The position numbers and the translations under genes were made by a program. Of a stretch of 64,000 bases of DNA, positions 27,900 through 40,884 are shown piece after piece. The first letter of the stretch is position 1, and each line of letters begins with the position of its first letter. Location of the stretch: NCBI GenBank assembly GCA_010093995.1, contig ML992507.1, forward strand, positions 1,113,868 to 1,177,867, read 5' to 3'. The DNA comes from Elsinoe ampelina. Taxonomy: Eukaryota. A model generated the notes under the pieces. That model was not told where the DNA came from. It searched no databases and was given only the letters and a program-made list of their open reading frames with translations.

Positions 27900-30400
27900 C
27901 AAGTAAACTAGTAATAATCTAGCTAACTAAAGCTTTATCCCTATAGGCACTAGAATCGATTACTAGTCTAAAGAGTTCTAGAAGAGAGTCTATAACTTTA
28001 TAGGCTTTAAGAAAGATATCTACTTACCGAATACAAGTATATAGTGTTTTAGTTAGAATAAGAAGTATCTAGTCGAGGTAGTATAGATATACTTAGCGCT
28101 TGTTACACTTAAGAAATACCTTAAAGGCTACCTAGTATTTATATTTACATATAAGATAGAATTTAGAAAGACTCTAATAGAACTCTTCTTTCTCTTACTA
28201 ATTTAGAACTTAAATAAAAAGGTTATCTAGGATGCTAATTATACTACTATACCTAAGGATAAGTAGAGTAAGTACTAGAAGATAAAGACACTAGTTAATA
28301 AGCTATAGCTAGATATTGCTTCTATAGATACTATTAGCTAAAATCTAATTATTAGCGGATTAAACGTAATAAAATAGTAAGCGCAGGAGATATAGAAGTT
28401 TATACCTAATACAAAGGTTGTTCTATACTAGGGAAGAATATTCTAAGCTATATAAGAAGATAAGTATAGCAATATATATAATATAGACACTTTAATTTAC
28501 AAAGAGGATCTGCCTATAGGCTACTACTAATAGAAGTCTTAGCTAATAGATAAGTCTAGTAAGCCTATTAACACTATTATAGTCTTATAACTAGTCGATA
28601 TACGTAAGTAACACCCCTAGACCTTATAGATAAATAATTAGTTCTTCTTTACTACTTATAATACTATAATCTACTACTTCCTTAGTAAGAATAATATAAA
28701 TACTAAGGATTAGAACTTTATTCCTAAGAGACAAGAGAGAAAGCTAGGGTTTACGCCTATAAACTAGGCCGCTATTATCTTTAATAAGTTCTATTAGGTC
28801 ACTAGCTAGAAGACGTAGACCTAGTATTATCTAGAAATACTACCGGGGAGGCCTTTTATACTAGACATAAGCGGGATGCTATTTATTAAATACTTAAACG
28901 TAGTAGCGTTCTTAATAGCGGCTATATATAAGGACTTTAGATTAGAAAAGCTTAATATAAATAGAAGTAGAATAGGAGAATTTAATAAGAACTATATCTA
29001 TAAATCTAAGTAGAAGCTAACTAAGGCTAAGAATAATAAATGTTAAGTAACACTAAAGATAACACTAGATAAGACTTAATAAGCTATTACTAACAAGCTT
29101 AACTTCTAAATAGTATTAGACTATACCTTTATAATTAATAAATAGTATAAGGCGAATAACGACTCTAGTAAGTTTAACAAAAAGAGAAGTATATAGTTTA
29201 TAGAAAAGATTATAGTAATAGTTAGTAAATAGAGCACTATCCTTATAAATATTCTTATTAAGATAAATATAGACTATATCTAGAAACCTTTCGATACTAC
29301 TTCTAGTCTACTAGCTATTAGAGTTCTACTATATTCTACCTTTAACCTAGAGATTACTATTAAGAATAAGTATCTTTATAGTCTTATAAATACATAGAAG
29401 AAGATTAAACAGGATATAGATAAGAGTATATAAGAGACAATCGACAGGCAAAAGAATAAATCTAATAAGCCTAAAGTAATATTAGAGACAATCCTTAATA
29501 AGAAGACTAAGGAGCAAATACTAAGCCTAGTTACGCCGCTACTGCTTTTCTCTATGTTTCTTACTCTTATAGATATATTCTAGGACAATCCCGTAGTTGT
29601 AGAAGAGTTTAGTAACTTTACTATTAAGTTTACCTATAAAATTATATATAACTCCTCGGAGATAGCGCTATAGTAGTATATAGACAAGATCTATGCTAGT
29701 TCTTAGATAAAGGTCCTTTATAGTATTATTTCTAAGATTATTAAGTAGAATATCTCTTATTTAAAGGAGCTAAAGAGGTAAGTAATTGTCTATGCATTTA
29801 CACTGTTAGTACTAGCAGTTGCTACAATAGTTAGTTTAGTCTATTTAGTCTATTTAGGTTATTACTAATAAGGGTATAGTATCTAAAATAGCTCGAGAAG
29901 CACCTAGACAGTAAAGCAATTAGAATCGATAAGGATGCTAATATAGTTATTGTCTACTATAGAATAATATTTATACCTGCCTATATAGACATCGTCGACG
30001 TAGCTATATCTAATAATACGTTTATTAAACCTAACAGGCTAGAAGGCTTAAGGATCTTAATTGCCTAGGGTAGAGCTATTAAGACTAGTCTTAATCTAAA
30101 CCGCTTCGATACTATAATCTTACTTAATATAGCATTAGTGTTATAATCTATTCTTTAGTATCTAGCTTAGGTCCGTAGGAACATTAAGTCTTAGAAAGCT
30201 AACTATATAGAGGCGTTTATAATAAAGCTAATAGCTCCGTTCTATAGGCCTCTAGAATAGCTTAATAGTAGATAGAGTAGGCTATTAATAATTTAGAAGG
30301 TTATCTACGAGGAAATAGAGAAGTAGAAGGCAGAGATCTAGAAACTTTAATAAGCTATAGTAAAGAAGAACACAATTGTTATAGATAATAATTAAGATTA
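27900..30400 (+). pseudogene. RIP-inactivated SNF2-family helicase/ATPase-like gene; bounds approximate
   Basis: A single frame carries IFTYKIEFRKT at 28141 (de-RIP ~FAxEMGFGKT, motif I), NLIISGLNVIK**AQEI*KFIPNTKVVLY*G (motif Ia), FFFTTYNT, *AAIIFNKFY*V at 28765 (WAAIIFDEFHQV, DExH) and ILDISGMLF (motif III-like). Confidence 0.75.
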
Positions 30401-30839
30401 CTAGATAATAGTCTAACTATATTACCTAAAAATACAATTCTTTAGTTTAGTAGACTAATTTAGTTCCCTGTATATATTAAACTATCTTTTAGGTTACTTA
30501 ATATAATATAGTATCTAAACGTTTTCTACTTCCTACTATTGCTAAAATTTAGCTAGCTAACTCTAACTACAAATTTAGATCTTAAGCAATAAACATAGAT
30601 ATACTAAGGTAAATTAGTAAATACTCGGCCTATAGGATCTAGTAGAGGCCTTATCTAACATCTGCTATATTGCTAAAGGAGAGAGCTACTAATAAGTAAT
30701 ATAGCGTAAGTCTTACTAGAGTAACGTAGTAATAGACATCTATATAGAGACGACGCTAGTAACAATCCTTGCTTGTTTAATAAGAGAGAGTACTTACTAT
30801 CTAATAAAGGCTAACGAGGTAGTATTACTAGTAATATAT

Positions 30840-33800
30840 AACATAGTTCGCCGATGCTAAATAACCTACTAGTCTACTTTACTCCGCTGCGAATAATAGT
30901 AACTAAGAATTAAACTAAACACTAGAGTAGAAACGAAAGTCTATAGCTAGTAGAGAGTATCCTTTCCCCTTTGCCTACTATATAGTATAGCATAGCGGAT
31001 AATCCTCTTAGTCTCTTTACTAACCTCGACTCTTAACCTCTAGCATATAGAACAGATAGTAATAGTAATAGTAGGCTTAATAGCGACGTATATAAGGAAG
31101 AGGAAAGTATAGACAAGGTTATAATAGAAAGCATATACGAGAAAGAGTAAGTAATTATAGTAAGTACAACTAGTAGTACATCTATAGGGCAGAGTACTAG
31201 GAGGTTATCCTTATCTAGTAGAGCTATATCTAATTATACTACGTTCGAGATAGCTACTAGTATATTAGCTAGTAGCGAAGAGTTAGTTATAGACATAGTT
31301 TATCCTTAGTTTATATTAACTAATCTTGTCTAGATCTCCCTAAGTCTATAATATATATACCGACACTAACGATAAACTAAATTATAATTAGTTAGGTAAG
31401 ACTTAACTAAAGGAAGTCTTTATTAGCGGCATAGACGTAGGTCTTACCTAGTAGCTTATAAAGGAGAAACTTAGTAGAGCTACAATTACGTAATTGCTTA
31501 AAGACCTACGTATATAACCTCTAGTAGAAAGCCTTAGTTAGCAAACTACGAATGAACTAATAGAGAAGATAGAGAATTTAGATACGGGCGGGGGTATTAA
31601 TAGCTAGTAGACCTTAAGCTTTATACTAAACACTAATCGTAGGCCTAAAAGACACACGTTCTAGTATCTAGATATTCTTATAGCGATACGCTTCTTGCTT
31701 AGCTATTACAGTTTTATAGTAGATATAGACTATAGCCTATATAGAGTCTTTATAGAAGCTATCGAGAGTAAGCTACTACAATAAGTATATACTAAAATAG
31801 TAAGCGGCAACTAGTAGTAGAATATATAAAAGCGACTTAGAATACTAGGGGCTACTACTATCCTATTAATTGTCGTAAGTGATTAGACCTAGGTAATAAA
31901 CTATTAAGGAGATCTTATAGCATATACTATCTATCTATTATTAGGTAACCTAAAGGCAAAAGTACGTAATAGTAACTACTAGCTAGGGTAGTTACTAATC
32001 GGCTTACTTTCTATTATTAAAGATAGTAGTAATATCGTTAAGGAGAAGACCTACTATACTTATATAAAGAAAATCTTTAATACTATTATTAATTACTACT
32101 CGAGAGAGAGGAAAATAATCTTCTATATAGATAGAAAGAGGTAGAGGTGCTTCTCTATACTTGCTACTATACCTACGAATTATGCTAAATAGGTTACTAT
32201 AACTAGTGTAAAGTTACTATATTATTATATAAGTTGCCTAATTAGCAAGGATAAAAGAGAGGACCTAGTAGTTACTACGCCGTTCCGAACTTACTACTTT
32301 ATATAGTAATAATAGTGCTTTTAGAGAGAAGCACGTAAGAGTTAGTAGTAGAGCAAGAAGATAGATATAAGCTCTTAGGTTTATATAGTTAGTTACTTTA
32401 CGTAGGATCTTCTATATACTAATATTTACTACGCGATAGTACTAGATATTCTATACTAACTTCTTAAAGGCGTTTTAATACATGTCTTACACTAGACTTA
32501 AAAATTGCTCTAGGATTTAATACCTATATAGAGATTACTACGGTATATAAAGGCTAGAGAGACTATATAGCGAATAGGCTACTAGCGCTTAGTAAAGATT
32601 TAAGAAGATTATACTTAATATTATTAATAAGCGTTTCGATAGTATACTAGTGTTTCCTAGTATTCGATACTTCTTGTACTACTCGGCTATTAAGCAATAG
32701 ATAGGTTAAGAGTAGAAGAGTATTATACGCTAGATACTTCTAGTATTTATACTACTACTTAAGGAGGTTAAGGCGCCTTAAGCTATTAAGTTTATACACG
32801 CACTAGTCGACTTTATATTACTAGTAAACTATAAGACCTATAACAACGATATACTTTAGTATATTAACCTTACGCTCTTTAGAATAAATAAGTATAAAGA
32901 AATCTTCTAGGCCTATTATAGTAACAAAAAAGAAAAGGGCAACTTTAACTTTCTAAAATAGTACTTAATAATACATTTTTTAAAGGCTATCTATAATTTT
33001 AAAGTAGTTACTAGCCTTAATTCTAATTATTTAAAGTATAATTATATATGCCTTATTAAGGATGCCTTTAAACTTATAAACAAGAAGGCTAGATAGAAAG
33101 ACTAGGTTACTACTTATAATACTAAACTAGTAAACATATTAGTAGTATTTAATAACCTCTCGAAGTTAGTTAGGCTATCGGCTACTAAACTAATTAAGAT
33201 CTAGAGTACGCTAGTTAGTATAAGTAATATAGTAAATGTTACTTCTTAGTTTAGCTAGCCTAGCGCTAAGAGGAGAGCTATATAGCGTATAGTAAGAGAA
33301 CTAGAGGCACTTATTAACATACTACCTAGGCTATTACTATAGCAAGTAATAGTGGTATTTGTCCGCGAGGCTTGTTAAGGTATAGCTAATATAGGCTCTA
33401 ACTCGAGAACTAAATACTCTAATTAGTTTAATACTAAACTAGATTCCGACAGACTCGAACTAGATTCTTCCTAGGTAAGCAACCTCCGTATTAAGTTCTA
33501 CTATTCTTTAAAGTATAAGAAACTATCTAACTATAATCCTAATAATCCTAATACGAACGAATAAGACTTTATTTAGTATATAACTAACTAGTAAGAGATA
33601 CGTAGTAATAAGAGGTAAGACTAGCTCTAGGTACAAGAATAGATAACAAATAATAAAGGCACTAACGGAGCATTACCTAATAGCCTATAAGGTAAGTTAC
33701 TAGCTTATATTGTGTTTATAATAACTATAGAGGATAGCTTCTAGTCTAGTAGATTAGGCTAGCGTTAATACCTATACTATATAGGAGCGCTAGTAGATCT

Positions 33801-34134
33801 ATATTAGCCTACTTAGCCGGATAGAGTAGCTAATCGAGAGTATAGTATAACACTAATTAAGCCTTAGACAAATTAACACGCGCGAGCTAGATAGAATACT
33901 CTTACTAGTAGATATATCTACTCTACCTTGTAAATCTACTATAGTATCTACGTCGTGCTAGTAGATAAAATAAGGCTATATAGCTAGATATATATTAATA
34001 ACATAGCCGACTTTAACACATATAACATGCTATAGAATAAGTTATAAGAGTCTAAATAGCTTTACCTAGCTAAGGCTTCGAAACGAGAGAGGTTAAGATT
34101 CCTAGGTATAGTTAGCAAGCGTAGTAAGCATTAA
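30840..34134 (+). pseudogene. RIP-inactivated Plavaka-type transposase; bounds approximate
   Basis: GATTILLIVVSD*T*V...IYLLLGNL (~31850); LATIPTNYAK*V (AxxADYxEQ); LDILY*LLKGV (PDILHQLLKGV, 32442); KRFDSILVFPSIRYF..KQ*IG*E*K (QWTGxExK); NFNFLK*Y (FNFPKxH); KYNYICLIKDAFKLINK (ExxH..KDAF..TN). Confidence 0.85.
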
Positions 34135-36362
34135 TAAAGCTAGAGTACTCCTTTTATAGCTAGAACAATTATCTCTTATATCGATAGTCTAACGCTTAGG
34201 TATACTTAGGTTAACTACTAGACTATATTAGGTAGGCAAGTTATAATAACTTCCGTAGGTATTACTCTAACTAGTTAGTTTACACCTGTATATTATTAGG
34301 TTAGTCCCTGAACTATATAGAGTTTATAGCCTAAGGTGCCTTATATAGTTTTTACGCTAAAGAGTTAGTCTATTCCTTTACTAATTATAATAGCTTAGGA
34401 AACTATAGCGAGGCGTTATAGAAGTTAGTCTTTAAGATACTTAAGACATACCTTAAGTATTTAGTAATAGTAGTAAAAGACTTAGGTTAGTAAGTTGTCT
34501 TTAAGTTAGTTTTACTAACGGAGTTGTCTAAGAGGAAAGTTTATTCTCTATAATAAGTTTACTAATAAGACTCTAATATAGATAATAGTACTTTACTCTA
34601 TTTGCTATTATATTATAGAGATCTACTCGATACTACTAGAGTAGTTACTAAGGACTTATTCCTTTCTATCTAATAAATAAGATCTATAATAACACTAGCT
34701 TAGAAGACCTACTAGGGAACATTCTTATTAATCTCTATATATACTATACACGGGAAACAAGTCGAGGAAGAAGCTGCCCTTTAGTATAGCGAGTAGCCTC
34801 TTCCTTATCTTCTAAAGCCTTCTCTATATCTATGTAGGTTATAAGTATTTCCTTATAAGATTATTAGTATATAATATATATATAACAAATCCTGTCTATA
34901 AGATTATATACTAGATTATCCTACATGCGCTATTACTATAACTACTACTTAGTAGTAGTAATAGTAGAGCGGTAAGATATAGTAGAAAAAAGTGTTATTA
35001 TACCTACCTCCGAGAGAGAAATATCTCTTTTCTCCTCTATATCTTTCTCCTTGCTCTCTGCTATAGTAAGGTATACTATAACTAAAGCTACTACTACTAC
35101 TCCCTCTATAACTACTATTACTCGTATACGGCTATAACTGCGAGTTATTACTAGAAGCTTAGTACACGTCGGGGTAACTTTATCTTTAATATATAGTAAT
35201 AAAGTGCTATAATCTTAACCTAGATACTACCTCTATTACCTCTCCGATGACTACTATAACTAGCGCTAAGAGCTAGTAAGGCAAGAAGCGTACTACCTCT
35301 ACCTTCGCTAGTGTCTATAGCTATACTAGTATTAAGCTTAGTAAGGTAGAGAAGAAGAGTAAGAAGTAGAAGAAGCCTCTTATTATTACTAATTACCTTC
35401 TTACTAATAACCTTATAGATAGGTAGTTAAGGTAGATCTTAAACTTCCTAGAAAGAGTATTTACTTCTCTACTATAACTACCTTCGAGCTGTTATTTAGA
35501 CTACTATATTCTTAGTACTATCTCCGGGGCTACTTAGATAGTATACTAATGTCTATTAGACCTTACTTTTCTAGGTAGTCTTTTATAGCTCTAGAATTAT
35601 CCTTCTAGTAGGTATACTATTCTATATTAGTAGACAAGGGATTAGCTTAGCCTAAACTAAATGTCTATTACATTTCCTATACCTATCTATATTAGTGTTA
35701 ATCTTCTTAGAATAGGCTATAGCCTCGCTACTATAGCTACTATTAACGTAGTGTATCTAGCTTCTATTGTTATTCTCTTTCTACGTTACTAACGACTTCT
35801 AAGTACTAGAATAGGTCTATAGGTATTTATACTTAATATTATAACTATGCTTAGCTATAATAATTAAGTTCTTCTCGGAAAAAGCTTTCTTATATCTATA
35901 AGCCTAAGTTATAAATACCTCTCTATAAGCTTGTTTTATATTATTAATAATATAGGCCGCTAGATAATAGAACGTATAGGCTATAGAGCAATAGAGGTAC
36001 TTTTCGTTAGTATTAACCTTTATTGCTAGCTATATAGTTACGCGAAAGTGCTTGTCTTTAGAGATATCTAACACCTTAATAGATAACTAAGTAGAGATAA
36101 TAAAATAGAGTTAGAATAAGTATATATTAGTTTAGGGTTTTATATTATAAGCTAGAGAATAAGGCGTATAATGTTTACTTTTCTATTATAGCGAAAGCGC
36201 TTCTATACTAAGCTTTAATAATGTAGAGTATATACTTCCTCTCTATCTAGTAGATAAGATCTATAATAACACTAGCTTAGAGAGCTCTCTCCGGAAGATG
36301 CTTATTAATTTCTATATCTATTCTAGTTGCGGCAAGTAGAGCGTTTATCTAATCTAAGGCAC

Positions 36363-36436
36363 GTATAGTATATTTAACTAAAATTAGGTAGGTATAGTGT
36401 ATTTAACTAAATTTAGGTAGGTACGGTACGTTTATA
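36363..36436 (+). repeat. 29-bp tandem subterminal repeat (~2.5 copies)
   Basis: gtatagtRtatttaactaaaWttaggtag twice plus a partial third copy, ~80 bp inside the right TIR. Confidence 0.85.
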
Positions 36437-36517
36437 TCGACCTAACGTAGTTAAACTTAGTTTAATATAGAGAAACCTAATATTCTAACTCTCTATACTT
36501 AGGACTTTCGTAACGTA

Positions 36518-37230
36518 TTCTTCTCCTTGTTCTTCTCTACTAATAACTAACTATCGCTCTTGTCTAGATAAGAGCCTTAGCGACTTATAAGCGAGATAGA
36601 CTAGCGATCTGTCCGCGTAGCCTTAGCCTCGGCATTCTTCTCGTCGCTAACTACTAGCTTACGCTTATATAGCTCCTATACTTACTCGATAAAGAAGTTA
36701 AGCTATAGCTTTAAGTCGGTAATGTTCTTCGAACTACTAGGATTCTCGGCGTAATAGTTAGCCTTCTCCTTATAGCAGTTAATAATCTACTTCTTTAATA
36801 TACACGTAAGTGTCTTATAGTCCTTACTAGTCTTTAACCTCTAATTCTTCTATAGCCTTATAATTTACTTACTAAGTAGCTTATTCTTTAAGAGTGCTAG
36901 ACTAATCTCTTAAGCTATTACTAAGATTGCCTTTTTATAAGTATCTAGCTAGTAAGTTAGCGTCGGCTTTATAGTAGGTAAGGATTACTACTTCTTAGAA
37001 GCTAGTATAGACTTAGCTAGCTACTTGCTAGCCTTTCTCTTTCGACTCGATACTACTTCTATCTCTAGCTCTACCTCTTTCTCTCTCTTAGTATCTACTA
37101 TCTACCCCCTTACCTCCCTTTCCCTCTCTAATACTACTACGCTAGCCTACTATACTAGCGCTAATAACGAGGCTAGCGTAGCTAGTAGTTCTATTACCTC
37201 TACTAGCGACTATAGCGGCATCTATACTAC
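36518..37230 (-). pseudogene. 5' part of Harbinger A ORF2
   Basis: Reverse complement of 36640-36730 (aagaacattaccgacttaaagctatag...) aligns with 38818-38930 of Harbinger B ORF2. Confidence 0.75.
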
Positions 37231-38199
37231 CAAGTTTAAAGGTGCTAGTAAGAGTATCGATCGAGATTAAATAGGAGAAAGGTAGTACTCTAGATAGAAG
37301 TACTACTATAGCGGAGAGTAGTATCCTTACGAAGGATATAGTAACTATAATAGCGAATAACCTCCCTATAGTAATTAATAGCTAGATTAGTTATATTGCC
37401 ACGAATTCTCTATCTTGTAATAAGGTAGTAATATCGATCTATTACACCTTAAAGGACAACGCGTTAGAAGAGATATTAGAGCAAATTTACTACCTTAGTA
37501 ATCTAACTACTCTCGGCTAGTACTATACCCCTTTAAGCACTCTAAGCTAGCTATCGAGGGTCGATAGGTAGCTATCGACCTTTAATAGCTAGCTATTATA
37601 GTTTACGCTATCTACTACGCCGTTACTAATTGTTAAACGACTACTCTATGCTATTTAATTAGAAGAAGTAAGATTAACACTAGCTACTACTCGACTAATA
37701 GCTACTAAAACTCTCTAATAACGATTTAATATAAACTGCTCTAGAGTAGGTAGTTTTAGTAGCTATATAGTCTATATAGCTAGAGTCGATTACTTCTCCT
37801 TCTAGCTAGATAGTATAAAACTAGCACTCACTGTCGATTGGCCGTCGATAGGCCGTTAACGACGGCGCTAAGACAATAGATAACATTGTTAAACTATAAA
37901 ACTAGCTACAGAGTTAGTGTAGCTAGCTATACTAACTCTATAGCTATTAGAAGAGGTAAAGCGCGTACTAAAGAGGCTAGAGGCTAGAGATAGTTAAAGG
38001 CTATCTAGACGACCTTTTATCTAGTAGCTAGCGTTATTAAATATTTACTATTACACCTTTTTTAAATAGGTGTAAAATAAAGCACTTATAGCAGTATTAA
38101 TATCTAGCTAGATACTAGTAACTATAGATACTATATTTGTAGCTATTATTATAGCCTCTACTATCTTCTTATTATAGTAGATATAGTATACAATTATTA

Positions 38200-39420
38200 T
38201 AGCTACTACCTCTTCGGCCTTAACCTTAAGCCTTATAACTAGTTAACTAGATAGTACTAGCCTTACTAGTGCCTTCTTTAATGTAGCCTTCTCTATAGCT
38301 AATACTATTACTAGTTACACTAACTACTTAACCTACTATACTACTAGTTATAGTATTAAGTTTATATACTCTATAAGTAGCGTGCTAGAATTTAGCTAAG
38401 GTAGTAGACTTAGTAGTATTAGTAGAAGAGAAAGAGCTAGAGGAGAAGGAAGATACTAAGGCTAATAAGAAAGAGAAGAAGATTATTATTGTCTCGAAGA
38501 AGTAGAAGTAGCTAGTAAAGAAGACACTATTAAGGAAGAAGTAGAAGGCGATAGCTATAGCTAAGAGTAGTAGTAGTACTAAGCTAAGCACTTACTAGTT
38601 AGATATATAGAAGAAGATAATCTTAGTAATAGCTTAAGAGATTAGACTAGCGCTTATATATAGTAAGCCTCTTATAGCTTAGTTTAAGAAGCTAAGGTCG
38701 AACTAGAAGTAGAAGACTAGTAAGAATTATACCTATCTAACTTGCATATTTAAAGGCTAGATTAAGACTCGGTATAAGGAGCAGATATAGTACTATTATA
38801 ATAATCTAAGTAGATTAAAGAACATAACGGATTTAAAGCTATAGATAGACTTCTTTATTAAGGAGATATAGGAGCCTTATAAGTAAAGAGTAAAGAGTAT
38901 AAAGAAGAAAGATACTAAGGCTAAAGCGACTCGCCTTAATTGCTAGTTAATATCTCTTTCTACTCGCTAAGGCCTATACTAAAGTAAGGACAATTAGTTA
39001 GATAAGAAGGATAAAGTAGAGAAGAAGAATAAAAAGAATAAGGCTAGCACTAACGCTACTACTATTGCTACTACTATAGCGCTTACTCTACTAGAGATAG
39101 AGCGTAGTAGTACTAGTTATAATAGCTCGGCGAGTACTACTAGAGGTAGAAGTAGATCTCGAGGCGTTTATTAGTATAGTAGTCGGCGTAATATAGAGTT
39201 AGATACTAACTACAAAATTATAGCGTATATCGCTAAGAAGCGTACTACTTTAGCCGTAGCTAGAGGCTAAGATAGAGAGCTATCTAGCTTATATAGTGTT
39301 ATTAAATAGCTAGTAGAGCAAGTTAAGCGCTAGTATAAATTATAGACTACTCTTTTATATACGTTTATAGAGTATAAAGAGAGAGGTAAGGTTTTTAGAG
39401 AAGGTAGTTTTAATAGATAA
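38200..39420 (+). pseudogene. Harbinger B ORF2 (K/E-rich accessory protein, possibly Myb/SANT-like); bounds approximate
   Basis: Long RIP-damaged K/E-rich frame homologous to element A ORF2 and convergent with the transposase, as in two-ORF PIF/Harbinger elements. Confidence 0.65.
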
Positions 39421-39774
39421 AGAATTTAAGCTATCTTAGTAGTTAAATAGACTCGCTTATACCCGCGCCTAATTTAGCTATTATATAGATCTATCTCGTA
39501 ATCTAGTTCGCCGCGGGTAAAGCTAATAGAGGCCACATTTTAAGGGCTAATATATCTACCTTATATAGAAGTTACTAGTGTAATATATATATTAAACAAT
39601 AGAAGCAATAAAGCTAAATCAATTAATATAGAAATTGATATATAAATATATATATAGAAGGTAAAGTTATCTATAGCTACTACCTTCTTAGTCTTATATA
39701 TTCTAGTTATAAAAACCTTAGGCTTAGTACTAACCTTAGTAAAATTATTCCTTAACTTCTATAAACTCTTTAAC

Positions 39775-40884
39775 CTATAAATATTCTTCTACTAAGAGTA
39801 GATTATAGTTAAATCGTAGCGATATTAAGTTATATCCCTTTATATAGGTATATATATTAGTAAGTAGTATAGCGACTTAATATATTAAACTAACTAGTTA
39901 CTTACCTTTATATAGGCCTTTATTAAAAGCTATATATATCTAGTTCTATTAAACTTTACTAAAGCCGTTCTTAACTACTATATAGAGCAATAACATTATA
40001 TAGTTAAAATCTAGCTTATCCTTGCTAAGAAATTGCTAGCTATACTTATAGCTATAAGGAGCTATAACTAAGGCGCTAAGGTAATATATAGCGTTACTAT
40101 AGAGGTATAAGTGTTTACCTCTAGAGAGATATCTAGCATTAATATAGTATAGCTTTTCCTTTATAACTAAGTAATTCTATATAGTCTAGTTATTCTCTTT
40201 ACTAATAAAAGAACTAACTAGCGAACTAACTAATCTATTAGGTGTTACTACCCCTTAGAACTTAAGGCTATAACTGCTATAATAACTACTATATACCTTC
40301 TACTAGTTTAGTATTAGCCTCTAGAAGCCTTAGAAGGTACTATTAATAAATCCCTATACCTAAGAGTAGCTACTAGCATCTTTAATAGCTTTAGTAAATT
40401 CCTTAATTAGTCCTTAATTATTAAGCTATAGGTACTATACTATCCTATTACAGAAGAGCTTATCTATATAGTAAATAACATTAGTAAAGACACTTAATAA
40501 CTAGCCTTAGCATTAGCTAAAGGTATTATAGATATTAGTCTACTAGTTTAGAAAGGTAAGTTAATATAAGGTAAGAGTTATTACTAGCTCTAGTAATAGT
40601 TAATTATAGTTACTAAATATAATATTATCTATCTAGAGAAGCTTAGTAAGGTAAGGGATCTAGTCTCTCTTAAACCTTATATTATTATAGAAGGTAGCTT
40701 TAAACTATATCTCTAAGCTCTAGTTAAATTAGTAGTATAGATAGAGCTTCTAATATTAATATCTAATTGGCCTCTTCTTCTTATTGCCTCAGCGCCGAGG
40801 CTACTACTACTATCATTAGCAGCAACAGCGACAGAGATATAGCTAGAGGAGAAGTAGTTTATTAAGCTCTTTATCTTTATCTAT
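39775..40884 (-). pseudogene. RIP-inactivated PIF/Harbinger transposase (element B)
   Basis: Inverted homolog of 10404-11513 with the same 1110-nt length; ends ...LVEEYL*. Confidence 0.88.

Larger units (their letters stand above)
12265..36515. mobile_element. ~24.2-kb TIR-bounded element carrying a Plavaka-type transposase and a SNF2-like helicase
   Basis: Left end TA|CGTTACGAAATCCCTAA; right end TTAGGACTTTCGTAACG|TA; subterminal repeats; removal restores the Harbinger ORF2 frame and a length matching Harbinger B. Confidence 0.8.
10196..37716 (+). mobile_element. PIF/Harbinger element A (~3.27 kb of its own sequence) split by a 24.2-kb insertion
   Basis: Left TIR AGAGGGTTTTAGCAGCTGTCGGTCGAGTGACAGCTAGTG at 10196; RIP-altered reverse complement at 37678-37716; AAT TSD at 10193-10195 and 37717-37719; transposase plus convergent ORF2. 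Confidence 0.88.

Noticed and set aside
12265..36515. Starship element
   Set aside because: No tyrosine-recombinase (DUF3435) captain recognised at either end; the termini are symmetrical TIRs with a 2-bp TSD. RIP limits certainty.
12674..38591. Short hydrophobic ORFs in the AT block (12674, 20460, 24842, 37025, 38385)
   Set aside because: Chance or antisense frames of RIP-mutated transposon genes.
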